A stretch of DNA of 63,784 nt, counting the filler, from Intoshia linei (taxonomy: Eukaryota > Animalia > Orthonectida): the NCBI GenBank assembly GCA_001642005.1. It is 4 parts of 4 records of this genome, joined end to end, with 100 filler letters (N's around TTAATTAATTAA, not from the genome) between each part and the next. Parts side by side here need not be neighbours in the genome. Positions count along the whole stretch, not along the records: positions 1 to 24,160 come from LWCA01000542.1; 3 more parts are not named here. One strand, written 5' to 3'. The notes beneath the pieces were generated by a model, which was given only the letters and a program-made list of their open reading frames with translations, was not told the DNA's origin and did no database searches. Below, one piece after another: positions 1-13,666 of the stretch. Position numbers and translations under genes: made by a program. Within the stretch, counting starts at the first letter, position 1; each line of letters opens with the position of its first letter.

Positions 1-1373
1 AAGAACCACTTTGGCGATGACCTTTTTGACTGACGTAGACATTAGTTGTGGATAAACAGTGGGTTGACCAGTGGGGTTGTAGAAAAACGAAACGAATAAT
101 ATTTTTAAAGTAACATTTAAAATGACAAACGCAACTCGAATAGATAGCGTTAAATGTTGTTGATTGCGAATTAGTTTTTCTATTTTAAAAATACACACTT
201 TTAGTGCTAATTAGCCATAGAATTCTAAAATTTTCGATAAAAAAATATGACACCCTAGTTACTAGGGCCAAGTACATACGTTTTATATCTTTAAAATATG
301 CATCGAAACAAACCGATCTCATTTAATGACCAATGTTGAGAATTCTCTCTTCTCTCTGCAGACATCAAAAAATAATGATGTACAAATGTGTGTAGTTTTG
401 AAAAATATTATTATTACATTTTTTATCCGCGTTAAAAATGTAATAAGTACAATCGATTGTGCTGAATACAAGTATTTATTATGACCATATTAATAATACA
501 GCATATCCAGTCCAGTATATTTGAATAATCCAGTAAAATAGTGCTTTCAATTATGGATTATAAATTTTAAGACCTCAGAATTAAAATTAAATTTCGATGA
601 TATTTAATCACTTCTACACCTAGATACGTAGAATGAATTTTTTCATTAATTTTAAATGCACTTGATACACCTTAAATTATTTATTTACATAATTTATCTT
701 TCAGTTTTGTTATACTTTTAAATATAATATTGAACAATAATTATCATTTTGTTAGATTACTAGACCTCGAAAGAGTGTCACAAGCAGAAAATTAAGTATC
801 ATTTTACAAAATGTATAAAGTATGTAATCAATCTTTTAAATGTATGTTCGTAGTTTTTAAGTTCGTACATAACATAACAAAAGTACAACCGCAATAATAT
901 AACGTAGGGATACTTAGTTTTACGTCAACAATATCTAAACAGTTTATTTTTTAAAACGAGCATTTAAACAACAGTAAACAGAATTTAACAAAATTTCGAA
1001 ACTAAGAAAAAATTATGCATTTAAATTTTAATCACGTTAATTAATTATAAACAAAATAAGGTAAACTATAAACCTGTTTCATAAATATCTGGTACTGCTG
1101 AAATGTAGATACAATGGAATAATTAGTAGAGTAATTAAGCTTGCTGTCTTGTTTACTGAACAATATTCAAAGCCAATTTTTTAATAATTATCTACTGTGA
1201 CACTTGATTAGCGTCTCATTTTATCATTTAATTAATACTAGAGATTGAATATAGTTTTATATCTCAATTTGTTGATTTCCGACTATCTTGATGTGTTTAA
1301 CTACAACGTCCAGCAATATTAAGATATTTTATTTACATTTATCAAATTTAAAATGCTTTTCAAGAAATGAAAA

Positions 1374-4300
1374 ATGCCCATTGAACATCTGACTCCACAG
1401 ATTTGCACCGCTAAAAGAAGTGAATGGCCAACCGATCCAGATAAATATATCTGGATGAATCTTATAGGTATTTTTTTCAACACCTTATTTTATTTTTTAG
1501 TTTATTTTTTTGTAAAAAACTTTACAAATGTTTATTTATGTATTTTATTCAATTATTTAAATTAGGATGTGGTTCAACTTCAAAAGTTTACCTTTCTTAT
1601 TGTATAACAACTAAGTCAAATTGTGCTATTAAAAGAATTGATTATTATGATTATGAACCCGAAAATATCAAGCATATGATGGTAAATTTAATCTTATTCA
1701 CATGTTTTAATAAATTAAATATAAAATATAATATAATATAACAAATATGGACAGCTTCATCTAGTGCGGGGATTGCCACACTTATTTCGTAGTGGATACC
1801 ACTTTTCAATATATAAACCCCATTGAATCTTAAAAAATAATGAATATACCACATTCCAAAGAATAAAAAACACTTTTAATTTGTCCTAATGATTCTTTAA
1901 TCATAAGAAAATTTGATGGAAATATCCATATTTAACAATGTAACGATCTTAGTCTAGATTCTAGACCAGGGTGCACAACCTTTCCACCAATTTAGCCGCA
2001 AATTTTGAGAAAGTGATCAAAGTCAAAAATTGTAACTTTTTGATAAAAACATTTAAAATTTTCCTTGAATAAAATTTGATTTAAACTTTTTCAATTTGAC
2101 GTAAAATGGTACACATCATTGTACGATATACAATAAATCAACCACAAAATTTAAATTAAGTCATTTTAAAAAGATGCCAACATTTTAACATGTTTTAATT
2201 ACACATATAAATAATAATGCACATTTGGTATCTTATGAAAAACTTGAATCGGCCCAAAGATATCAAAATTTCGAAAGTTTATTCCAATTTGAGAAACTGG
2301 GCAAAGTCTAAAATTTACATTTTTGATTAAAATATTTTAAATTTCTCTTGAACTAAATCTGATTTTAACTTTTCAATTTTAAGTAAATTGATATATTTCA
2401 TTATGATCACATGCCCACAGCCGCATGGTGTGCACCCCTGTTCTAGACTCTACCGAGTAGAGTCATATATAGTCTATATCCATATAAAGTCATAGAGTTA
2501 TATATAGTAGAGTCTACTGTATATAAATAATATTTGATTAATTAAAAAAATTTTTAATAGAATGAAATACATCATCATTCTAATCTAAACCATCCGAATA
2601 TTATAAAATATTATACATCATTTCTTTATTCATCGGAATTATGGATTGTTATGGAATATTGCAATGCTGGTACACTGCGAGATGTCATTAATAAAACCAG
2701 GTCAATGGGAGATAACGGCGAAGGTGTTTTATCCAAAGAACTTATTGCCATCATTTTACGGAAAGTTTTAGAAGCTCTAATTTACCTACACACTCAATTA
2801 ATAATTCACCGGTAATTTTATATATTTTCGTGGATGGTTCTGATCAAACAAATATGGCTATGATGTAGTTTAGAAACGTTAAATATGTCCTCTAACTTTC
2901 AGTAACAGTCCAGACTAATAAACCAATAATATTATAAAAATTTAACGGGCTTAAATTTAAATTTTATTTTACCTATTACAAGGGAGGGGTAGAAGGAGAG
3001 AAGAGAGATAGGAGGTAGACATTTATTTTATTTTAAACAACGAATGTTTCAAATTTAAGGTGTTAATTTTTATTTATTTATTATTTATATATATATTTAT
3101 TATTATCTAAAAATAATTACTCGTCCATAGACCATGACGTGGAAAGGTGCTAGGCGGCCATATGACCCGACCTACAATCATGAGGGACCTAATTTTTAAA
3201 TTTATTTATAGGCAATGTTGGAAAAATTCGATAACCAATGCGATTTCCAACAGTTATTTTATTTATAAATAATGAACGATCGATTAAGCAATGTAGAGGT
3301 CCCATTTGTAAAATTTTTTTATAGACCTACTGCTGGCTCTCTACGGCTTTGACATCACACCCGTTTTAGATTATTATACTATTTATTTGTTTTAATAATA
3401 ATAATTATTATTATAATTAGTTATACTTTAGAGATATAAAATCAATCAATATTCTTTTAACTACCGACGGATGTGTGAAAGTAGCCGGTAATGTTGATTT
3501 TATATTGATTATGAATAAATACATTTAAATGTATAATTATTAATTAAGAACTGCAAAATTATGCTATTATATAAATTTGAACTAATTATAATAGAAACCT
3601 TTAGATTTTGGCGTATCAATTGGTATGAAAACAGAAAATGGCCGAATTTTAAAAATAACAGATTTTTCTGGAACACCTTGTTGGATGGCTCCTGAAATAA
3701 TGGAAGGCGTAATGAATCCACCAACAAAAAATATTAATACCTTTTTAGGAACCATACGATGAAAAGGTTGACATATGGAGTTTGGGTATTATGGCATTGG
3801 AACTGGTTACTGGAGAAGTACCATATTCTCAATACAACCCTTCCAAAATTATTCTCATGATAACGGATAATCCGCCACCTGGTTTAAAAATGTATGACAA
3901 CAAAAATTATTACAAAAACTACAGAGGATCTTTTAATTTCATGTTACAAAGATGCCTAACAAAAAACGTCAATTTTAGAGCAACATCTAATCAACTAATA
4001 AATGATCCTTTTTTCAATAATGTTAAGGTAAATTCATTTGAGTCTTCTTTTTTTAATTTTATTTTTATTTAGAAAATAAATCGACTTGTCAAACATTTGA
4101 GAAAGATAAACGCTCAAGATATTCATCAAGTTATAAATATGATTAATCCGTCAAAGTCTATGAAAATGTCTATTGCTTATAGAAACCTTGTATTCAGCAT
4201 GGAGCGGTACAAGGATCCATCCAATGTGGTAATTTTAAAATACAATACTGAAACAGCTTAGATTTTGAACCTATCAGACAAACCTCCTACATGAAGTTTG

Positions 4301-7300
4301 TTTATAATTTATTTACTGTTAATAAAAATAAATTTATATTATTTACTTAATGCAATTAATTTGTAATAGCTATAATTCCAGGCGTATAAATTGTTTCGTT
4401 GGGTTAAATTGTAGTTTTTTGGTTTAATTGATTTCATTTTCATACATATTGCTGTGATTAGCAAATATCCAATTGGGAGAATTTTGGGAACATTTACTGT
4501 GCATAAATGTACTAGAAAATTAAAAACATATTTACAACCTTATAAAAAATAAGATACCTGCCCGTATCTGGAAACATTACGCTAACCCTGATCGTTAATT
4601 GTCGAACTTTGTCTTAAATATTGATTATTTATTAAACAGGTGAAATTAACATTATCCCAACAACAGTTTTGTCATCAAAAATCCTGCTACAGATCATTTG
4701 AAAAATTTTATCCGCACAATCATGCTATACTGCGGATGAAGTAATTTTAATTCCAAAAATATATGTACAGTCCAACCTCGGTTTAGTATTATTTTTTAAA
4801 TAGTTTCAAGCACTTAGACATAAGGTTTGATACAATAATTTTTTCATTTACAGCAATCTATCCACTTTCATAGTATAAAATTGGCTGGTAATATATTTAA
4901 GCCGGTTAAGGCAAAAAAAAATTTCCTATAGTAAAATTTCCATATTGTAATGATTCAGATTTGTTGTGTCATGTTATTAATTATTAATATTTTTAACTGG
5001 TTCCATATAAATTTTCAATTATATTATAGTCACTATAATATAGTGCATAACTACTATTCTGTATAAAAAAATTATTCATCTCCGATGGCCAATAAGTTTG
5101 GAAAGTCTTCGAATCGAAGACTGTTCTTTTGATATATAATGTTATGCTTTGATCTGGGTACTATAACAATGTTTAAAAAAACTGGCCCAAAATCCCATAC
5201 ACCACGCTGGTTCCAAGACAGGTTAGGACTGTATTATATTATAAGTGAAACAATTCCACGTTACACTTAAAAATACATAATACTAATGATTTGTAAAAAC
5301 GTATTATTAGATCCAAAGATAAACATCTGCACGACATTGGATTTGTCATTAACAAAGATGAACCCGTGGAATCAATTATAGCAGATATGATACAAGAGGA
5401 ATTAATTTTTAAAATGAATGGACATACAAGTAACATAATAATACATAAAAAATAGCAACTCTTTAAATACGGCTCCAACGTAAATTATATTTAGTTGAAA
5501 AATTTTTCAATTTAAATTGATAATAAAAAATAGTGTATAAAGGAAAAAGTTTACGTGTAGTCTTTATCGATTACCCATTTTGCATTAAGCTACATTATAT
5601 ATTAGCTTGACTGTTACGTACTTTGTACAAACATCATCCTAGCTCTGCCGAGCTTAGACTTTTTTAATTCTACCAAAAAAATAAATTCAATAATAAAATC
5701 TTACTTAAAAATGTGTAGAGGTTCAATGCCTTTTTTTTAAATTCTAGAATGAATATTTTCATTTTTAATTCTAATCAAAACATTTGAAAAATATATTAAA
5801 TTATTTTTCACCGGGAATGCGTAAATTTCTGGGGTTGAAATTTTGTATCTATATCAAGTGGAATAATCTGTATCAGAATAATCATTTTTTTTTTAAATGT
5901 AGAACCGTTAATTATTTCAAATTTTTAGAAAAATAATTAATACTAAAGTGCTTTTTTGACCGTGAAGTCGTCACTTTGTCGGATTTAAATTTTTTGTGTT
6001 TTAACTGGATATAGCTGTATCAAGTGTAATTTTTTTTAAATTCTAGGAGTCTTTTCATTTTTAAATAAGGTAATTTGTGGTTATGGCCGTGAAGGTATAA
6101 GATTTTGAAATTTAGCATATTGTTGATGATGTTAAAATCTTTATCAAATTGTATATTTTTTATAATTCTAAAACTTATATGAATTTATAAAAAAAAAATA
6201 ATTGGTGTTTTAGACCTTGAAGGATTCTATTTCTGAAAATGAAATTTGGTATAAAACATTGTGCTCGAAAAACTGTATTAGAAATTTGTATTCTTAAAAG
6301 TCTACACTTATTACTTTCTTAAATAAATTAATAGGCATACATTTTTAATTAACTTACTTTATATGAGGATATCATCAGTATTTTGAGTGTCCAGAGTATT
6401 GCACTCCTGGTCCACTCTCGTTGAGTTGGGTATATGGCAGAAATCATTTGCGAAAATTTTTTAGGGGCCTACTTGTTATTTTCCAGGACCTCGAGCATGG
6501 CAGGTTCGGCTATCACTAATAGGAAAATCCCAGTTGGAATAATTTTTTTACTTATTGCATATAAAAAATTAGGATTGGGTGGATTATCTACTGTTTTCTG
6601 GGTAAATTTATATTCGAATTTAATTCTTCTGATATTCTAAAAGTTGTTCTACAAAAATGTTCAGTTTCCTATTTTGAGAATAAATAAGGCTTTCACTATA
6701 CTATACGAAGTGGTGGCAAGCCGCTCTTAAATTTGAAATGGATAACATATTAGCTAAGTAGAACGTATTTGTTTCTGATGAAAATTGTTTTTACTTTCAT
6801 AAAAACAAAATGTTCCATTCTTCCAAAAAATCTTTAATAATTATTATAATTTGGTGTATAATGTGACGTCAAAATAAGTTAACTTTTATCATCAAGATAA
6901 AATTAAGTCACGAATCGTGACTCACGATACAATTTAGCCGCTTTCCCCGCCCGTTACAAAAGTTTAACTGTTGATGTAATTTAATTGTGTTTACTTTAAA
7001 ATTAGTTGTACAACAAATAGAAAAAATGATGTCGAATGACTTTGTCGAAGGCAACTTAAAGTTTGCATTGGTAATTTTATTCATCAACAAAATTATTATA
7101 ATTGAACCCAATGCTTTAATTATTTTATACTAATTTTCAATTATAATTAATTAATTTCAGTGAAATGTCAAATAAGGAAATGTTAAAAATAATTAATTTA
7201 TACATCTATATGATTGTACAAAATTAATTATTAATGAATTTAGGAAATAAAACATGTCGACTTTCCAAAATACACTGGCACCAAAAATTTTATAGGTTAT

Positions 7301-7360
7301 GGACGATTAATGTACAATAAAATTAAAAATATCGATCACCTACTCCAACATGTGGATTAA
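1374..7360 (+). CDS. OXSR1: OSR1/SPAK (Fray)-family Ste20 Ser/Thr kinase with C-terminal CCT domain, multi-exon
   Basis: Exons 1374-1467, 1566-1681, 2561-2811, 3432-3487, 3605-3708 and 3749-4027 give IGCGSTSKVY, AIKRID, HPNIIKYYTSF, HRDIKSINILL, DFG, GTPCWMAPE and DIWSLGIMALELVTG. Later exons (4640-4740, 5311-5428, ~7006-7070, 7244-7360) give ILRMKSKDKHLHDIGF...NLKFAL...NFIGYGRL, matching the OSR1 CCT pattern LRLRNSKKELNDIRF...VTFKL...LIGFAQL. Linker exons at 4073-4510 are less certain. Confidence 0.9.
1967..2440. mobile_element. hAT (Charlie/Buster-like) MITE in kinase intron 2
   Basis: TIRs CAGGGTGCACAACC / GGTGTGCACCCCTG; perfect 8-bp TSD TTCTAGAC at 1959-1966 and 2441-2448. Related copies at ~11747-12645 and ~37940-38140. 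Confidence 0.9.
5601..6310 (-). mobile_element. Non-autonomous Helitron-like element, 3' portion, in kinase intron
   Basis: Shares GGGAATGCGTAaATTTCTGGGGTTGAAATTTTG and TTTTTGACCGTGAAGTCGTCAC blocks with the other copies; carries the 3' module CGGCAGAGCTAG...AACAGTCAAGCTA on the minus strand. Confidence 0.75.
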
Positions 7361-7623
7361 AATACATTATTTTGTGTATATGTATAAATTAATAAAACTT
7401 TTAATTAATGTTAACTAAATATAATTACCTACCATGATAAAAAAAATCTTTTCGATAGACGCAGTTGATTAAATTACATGTTGAGATATTGTTATCAGTA
7501 ACATTTAAACCAGTTAATTAATTTACAATTAAATAGTGTAGCAGATGACTAGATTTACTTTCAAATTACATTAAAAAAATATATTGAACAATCAAAAATA
7601 AAAATTATATTCAATACAGTTAA

Positions 7624-10600
7624 ATGAAACAAGTAAAATTAAAAAAACAACTAGGGCTATTTTCAGGTATAGGAATTACTATGGGAGTCATAATTGGTTC
7701 GGGTATATTCATTACCCCAGTAACCATGTTGAGTGGAACTAAAAGCATAGGAATATCTTTGATTATGTGGAGCATAACCGGAATAATTTCATTATTCGGC
7801 GGTCTCTGTTTTGCTGAATTGGGATGTTTAATTACTGAATCTGGTGGTCTTTATACTTACGTTCACCATGGATGCGGCGACATGTGGGCATTTTCTCTTT
7901 TATGGTGTTCCTCATTAGTTATGTATCCAGCATCAGTGGCCACCATTGCCATTACTTGTTCTAGAAACTTTATACAACTTGCATATATGGGCTGTGAGGC
8001 TGAACAACCCGATGATTCTGTTATTCTACTTTCTATTTGTGTCGTGTGTAAGCTTTAATCGATTCTTAATTCAATTTTTAGCTGTAATTGTGGGTATAAA
8101 TGTTGTTAGCGTCAAATTGGCTACAACGTTTCAAAATTTTATGACATTTATGAAAGTATTTATTCTCTGTGTCATCATTTCTATTGGAATTTACAATATA
8201 TCTATCGGTATTTTTCTTAAATTTTCGTCATTATTTTTAAAAAAATTTTAGGTAAAGTTGAAAACTTACAAAAGCCGTTTGAAAATTTTTACAACAATAT
8301 TGGACCAGGTTACGTTTCTGCATTGTATAGCGGCATATTTGCTTATTCTGGGTGGTGCACATTAAATTTTATTACGGAAGAAGTTATTGAACCGAAAAAG
8401 TAAATTAATTTGTTTTGTTTAAGGGTAACATAGAAAAATGGTTCTGAAACTAGGTGCGATAGAATAATTTGAATGAATTGGAATTTTTAAATAAAAGGTG
8501 AAAATGAAATTTAAGGGTAATAAAATAATTGTAAAGGTTGCCTCGCGGTAAAATTTTCAAATGGAGAGTAAACCTTTATTCGTATTTAGAAAAAATAAAA
8601 TATATTTTACATCATTTGTGCGAGAAAATCATGTCAGTTAAACTTTATTTTAAAGGTGACTCGGATTAATTAATTAATCATTGTTTAATTACAACCAATT
8701 TAGTCGATTAATTTTATAATTATATTTTGTTGCTTAAAATCGTGGCTCCATACCGGTAGATTTTGTTGCGTGAATTTTACGGACCGGTTATACCCTAATC
8801 GATAATTGTAAGTATTTTTATACACATTAGTAAATGAAGGGTTATCATTAGGGCAAGTAAAAGTTAATTTTTTATATGTTAATTAACATGCAATTCCAAG
8901 CATGATCATACCAATATTACGTTTATTAATTAGCTAATTAAAATTTTATAAAGTTAATAAAGTCATTTTATTGAAATTGAAAATAAACACTTCTATTTCA
9001 TTCTAAAAGCTTCACTTTTCCAGGAAAAATTTTGATTATCACGAAATGATATAACATTCATTTAGCGTGCCAAAAATTATTAAATCTCTTCATTTCAAAA
9101 TGAACAACATAATGAATGTATCCTAATGAATTCAAGAGAACTGATAATTCACTTAGTTCTATAAATTGCAATTTCACGGTTACCTATGAAAAAAGGCACT
9201 TTATTAAAATTCACAGAAACTCAAAAAAACAGATTGCCAAACGATACTCCTCCTCTACCTAAATTTTTAAAAATTTATCAGGATTTTACTGACCAAATTT
9301 TGGAGGCATTTATATCTGCGGATATTCCACTCTATAAACTGAACAACCCTAAAATTAAGACCTTATTTAATGATTTAATAATAAATCGAGCTAAAGCGGC
9401 TGTCAACCAACTTGGATTAGACAATGCTTTGATTCAAATATGTACATATTTATCTCTGTTAGATGTAATAGAAATGGCTCAAGAATCTTCATTTAGCATA
9501 GAAAAGGTACAATGTATAATGTAATTTATCCTTTGATTCGGATCCCTGCAGCATAAAGGATTATATTAAGAAACGTCTAACGAAAAACGACATATATGCC
9601 ATTATGAATAATTTAGATTCAAACAAATCCCCAATATTATATCATTCTTTAAGGAACACTGCTTCTACACCCGTCAGCGTAGAAAGAAGTTTTAGTCTAT
9701 TCATTTAAATTAATATTTGGTATATTAAATATATCTGAATATTGAGTATGAAGGACATTCTTAAAGGTAAACAATAGAAAGTTATTTTTTTAGAGAAAAA
9801 AAATTTCACTAAATATTTTTAATTTTCAAATGGTACGAAATAAAAACATAAAAAATACTTGGAAAAATGAAAACTAATCGATTGAAGTTAACAAGATTCA
9901 AATTAGAGTTGTATACAAAAAAAATTTTTTAAAGTTACTAATAATAGCTAAAAGTAACTAAAAATCAGTCGTTAGGTTATTTAAAAAATTCCCCTAGTTA
10001 TCATTGATATGGTAGTTTGATCGTAAAGGATTTACGATTTGAATTTGGTAATTAGTCCTTCTTTTCATAAAATTGTTCTTATTGCACAGCTTCGGTTCCA
10101 TTAAAAAAAGTAAATTTTTATTTAGAATATTAATCAGAAGTATTTGTATATCATTACCTATAATAATCTTTATATACACTATGGTGAATGTTTCATATTT
10201 TACTGAATTATCCTATGAAGAAATGCTTAACTCGAATGCTGTGGCTGTTGTAATTATCATGAAAATTAGGGTGCCGTTAAATATTTTCCCGTGTCGTCAC
10301 GTTTGATGGTTCTTAGTCATTATCTGAAATATACAGTTTTATAATTAAACTGGTCGACGAAGTTTCACTTTTTTTAGCAACTAAAACTTGCATCGAATAT
10401 ACTGAAACCATTGTTCAATTTTTCATGAATTAAGTAACTACTGTTTTATTAATTTACAAAAATCTGACAAATTTTGATTCTAAAAAAACCTTCAAGAGTT
10501 ATTTGAGTAAAAATAAAGAAATACCATACTGCCGTGAAAAATAACTAAAAACTAACACATGACAAAATTTTGCGCAAAAGCATATACCAAAATTATATAT

Positions 10601-13600
10601 TTGTTGGTGCTGACAGATAATCTTCATCAGATATAATAATTTGCAAGGAATATCTGGAAATTTAAAAAAAAATTAAAAATTTGATTTAACTGGCCCTTTG
10701 TGAAATGATATATCAGTGATGGCAAAAGGTGTTTTCGTGTTGAAAATATTGACTTGACATTTTTAATTACACTTCCAAAATTAAATTAAAAGAAATTCAA
10801 TGAGTAAATAAGGTTCAATTGCGCATCATTGAATTCTAAAAGCTTTGTCATTCCATTGAAAATCTTGTGAAAAATGTTTTCTCATATACATTTGTAGGTA
10901 AAAAAATTAGCTTTGGTTTCAATCGGCGGGCTGAATAACAATTTTTTCGCTAGCTACACATAAAATTAGCTGTGGCGCGTCGTATGATAAGCACTGGAAT
11001 TACTATGAATTTACGGTAGTCTTGATACTGGCAATTACAGGCTAATTCCTCTTAAATTATATGCCTGGGGTCCGTGATATTCAAATAAAATTTTGTCAAC
11101 TTTTGTAAGAGTTGTTTCTAGATGTTGATTATCCTAAAGCCTAGAGGACCATTATAGTACCATTTCAAGCCCTCATAGAAAAATTGACTTACACCGATAT
11201 TCTTTTCAAAAATCCGATTTTACGAAATCTTATGAAAAAAATCGACTTCATCAAACTACAAAATATAATTTTCCCACCCTTAATGGAAAAACATGCTTTT
11301 TCTTAAAACCTCTTATTCCAACAACAAATTACTAACGCTTAAGGGAATTATCCTCTTTTTCCAATACTATTTTGAAAAATATTATGAGGTGTTACTAATA
11401 ACGTCCTAATCCAAAAGAAAAAATGAAATTTTACAAATTCTAAAAAAAAATTTTTTCCAATATTATACTAAATCCTATGAGAAACCTAATTTCCCTTGAG
11501 TGACAAAAAATGAATATTTTGGAATTGGTGTGCGTACACTGTTTTAACCAAAAACCACTACATTAAAACAATGATTTTCATTTCACTTAACGGTTAAGTT
11601 AACCGATATTTGCAGGTCATGTCATATTAATAATTATTATCATCCATAATCAAGAAGAAAATAAAATATTTTACGTATTTAAAGCTTTTATCTTGAACCG
11701 AAAAAGCTGTTTGATGTTATTACAATTATGATGCTAGTCATTATACCAGAAGTGCACAACCTTTCCACCAATTCAGCCACAATGCTACTTTTCTCATTGA
11801 TACTACGACCGCACAAAATTTACTTCGATTTTAAATTTTAATTTTAATAAGCCAGTTTTAATTAATAATTTTCATTTAAAATTAATCCTTAATTCACTCA
11901 AATAAATTAACACCATATTTGCCATTTAACTGAATCTGAATAAATAGCAATAGCATGATTAATGCAGTGCATCTCATGGGGGTGACTGGTCACCCCAAGG
12001 TGTGAATACAAAAATTTAGATGATTGTAGCCTAATCTACAATGTTCAACGGATTGCATTAAATAATCCAATTTAATATAATCTTATGAGAAAAAATCAAA
12101 ATTTTACCAACCCTTAAGGAAGAAATCCCTTTTTTACCAATATTGTTTTTAAAAATCCATTTTTACTAAAATTTTAGAATAAAAACTACCCTATCTGATT
12201 CTAAAAGAAAAAACCACATTTTACCAAATTTTTAGATCAATAATTCTGACTGAATATATAAGAAAAAACCTGATTTAAAAAAAATTAAAAAATATCCTTT
12301 TACTAATAATTTTTTGAAAAAACTTTAATCATTAATTTTTCGGTAAATTATTAATAATGATTGGACAACAGAAAAAAGTTCCATTAAAAACCGATTTGTT
12401 CATACATTAGAGTTGAAGACAAAAAAATATATAAATATCAATGACATAAAAAGATATCAGTGACTGCCTTTATTTTGTGTGCCCAACGCTAACATTTGAC
12501 AAACTGGGGCAAAATCAAGAATGTAATTATATGATTATATTTTAAATAGACCTTGAATAAAATTTCATTTTAACTTTTCAATTTAAAGTAAAATGATATA
12601 TTGCATTATGATCAGATGTATTGCCCATGGCCGCATATTGTGCACGTTAAAATTTAACCAAAAATTGAGTCCGCTAATCAAAAATTTTATTCCGTTAAAC
12701 AGGAATTAGTCTGTATAAGTATACTCTAATAATTGCATAGTATACATTTAGTCATTTGGATTTAAAGTGCACAAAACGTTTGCATATATTGTTCCATTTT
12801 TTGTTGGATGTTCTACATTTGGAAGCTTAAATGGTGGAATGCTCAGTATACCAAGGTATTATATACTACAATGTAAATGTTTTGAATGAATTTAAAACCA
12901 CCGATTTATAGAGACTTCATTTTTTCGGTAAACTGAATTTAAACTACTTAAAATTCGTTAAATTTTTATCTCCTCCGGCCATGTCAATAGTTTCCAGAAT
13001 TCAAGGACAGATACATAAAGAAATATTAGTTATTAAATGGCTAATAAGATTAGTATAATCGTTATTTCCAGATGTATTATCTAAAATTAATAAAACATGT
13101 TTATAGAATGTATTTTGTTGCTGCAAGAAATAATCATCTCCCGGAAGCTTTTTCATTTGTGAACAGAACGAAAACACCTGCATTTGCTATTATTTTTTGC
13201 GTAATTTTATTTTATCGTAGCAAAATACTTATACATAAAATATTAGGGAATGGCGTCAATTTTTTACTTATTTGTATTGGACACGTCAAGTTTAATCTTA
13301 ATGGCTACATTGGTTGAATCGTCAGCTATATTAGTATGTATGGTAATATTGATAAATTTAAGGAAAAAATCGAAAAAAAAACTGGTATCTCCACCATGTA
13401 AATCAAATAAAAAAATATTTTAGAACCACGATGCAGTGATATACTCATTTTTTGTAATACAATTAATAGTTACATTAATTCCAATAGTATATGAACCATT
13501 GTTATCATTATTTGGATTTATAATATTTCTTACATCATTTCCAGTCTATACTTACGTCATTAAAATGAAAAAAAATCGTATAAATTTAGAAACAATGAAC

Positions 13601-13666
13601 AAAACGTTTCAAAAATTATGTATGGCATTACCAGAAAATAGGAATTTTATTTATACATACAAATAA
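7624..13666 (+). CDS. L-type amino acid transporter light chain (SLC7/LAT family, APC superfamily), 8 exons
   Basis: Exons 7624-8047, 8082-8207, 8252-8399, 10126-10249, 12752-12855, 13107-13200, 13247-13384, 13424-13666. Motifs IIGSGIFITP, LCFAELG, SGGLYTY, ALYSGIFAYSGWCTLNFITEEVIEP, STFGSLNG, RMYFVAARNNHLP, TPAFA. Confidence 0.93.
8849..9996 (+). mobile_element. Internally deleted hAT transposon with transposase relic, in LAT intron 3
   Basis: TAGGG...CCCTA termini with perfect 8-bp TSD GTTATCAT (8841-8848, 9997-10004). Internal ORF 9186-9524 (AFISADIPLYKLNNPKIK) and a downstream frame with TPVSVERSFS (hAT dimerisation-type motif) near 9668-9696. Confidence 0.85.
11747..12648. mobile_element. 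hAT MITE related to 1967-2440, with a nested second element starting near 11965
   Basis: Begins CAGAAGTGCACAACCTTTCCACCAATT as in the 1967 copy and ends CCGCATATTGTGCAC. Internal CAGTGCATCTCATGGGGGTGACTGGTCACCCC also occurs inverted at ~17820-17853. Confidence 0.7.

Noticed and set aside
4073-4294. Apparent early end of the kinase (CCT-less form) with AATAAA at 4321
   Set aside because: Downstream exons at 4640-7360 encode a recognisable CCT domain and can be spliced in frame.
6360-6660. Relatively GC-rich stretch with ORF 6434-6640 in a kinase intron
   Set aside because: No recognisable motifs, stops in the alternative frames and no consistent splice model; possibly a TE fragment.
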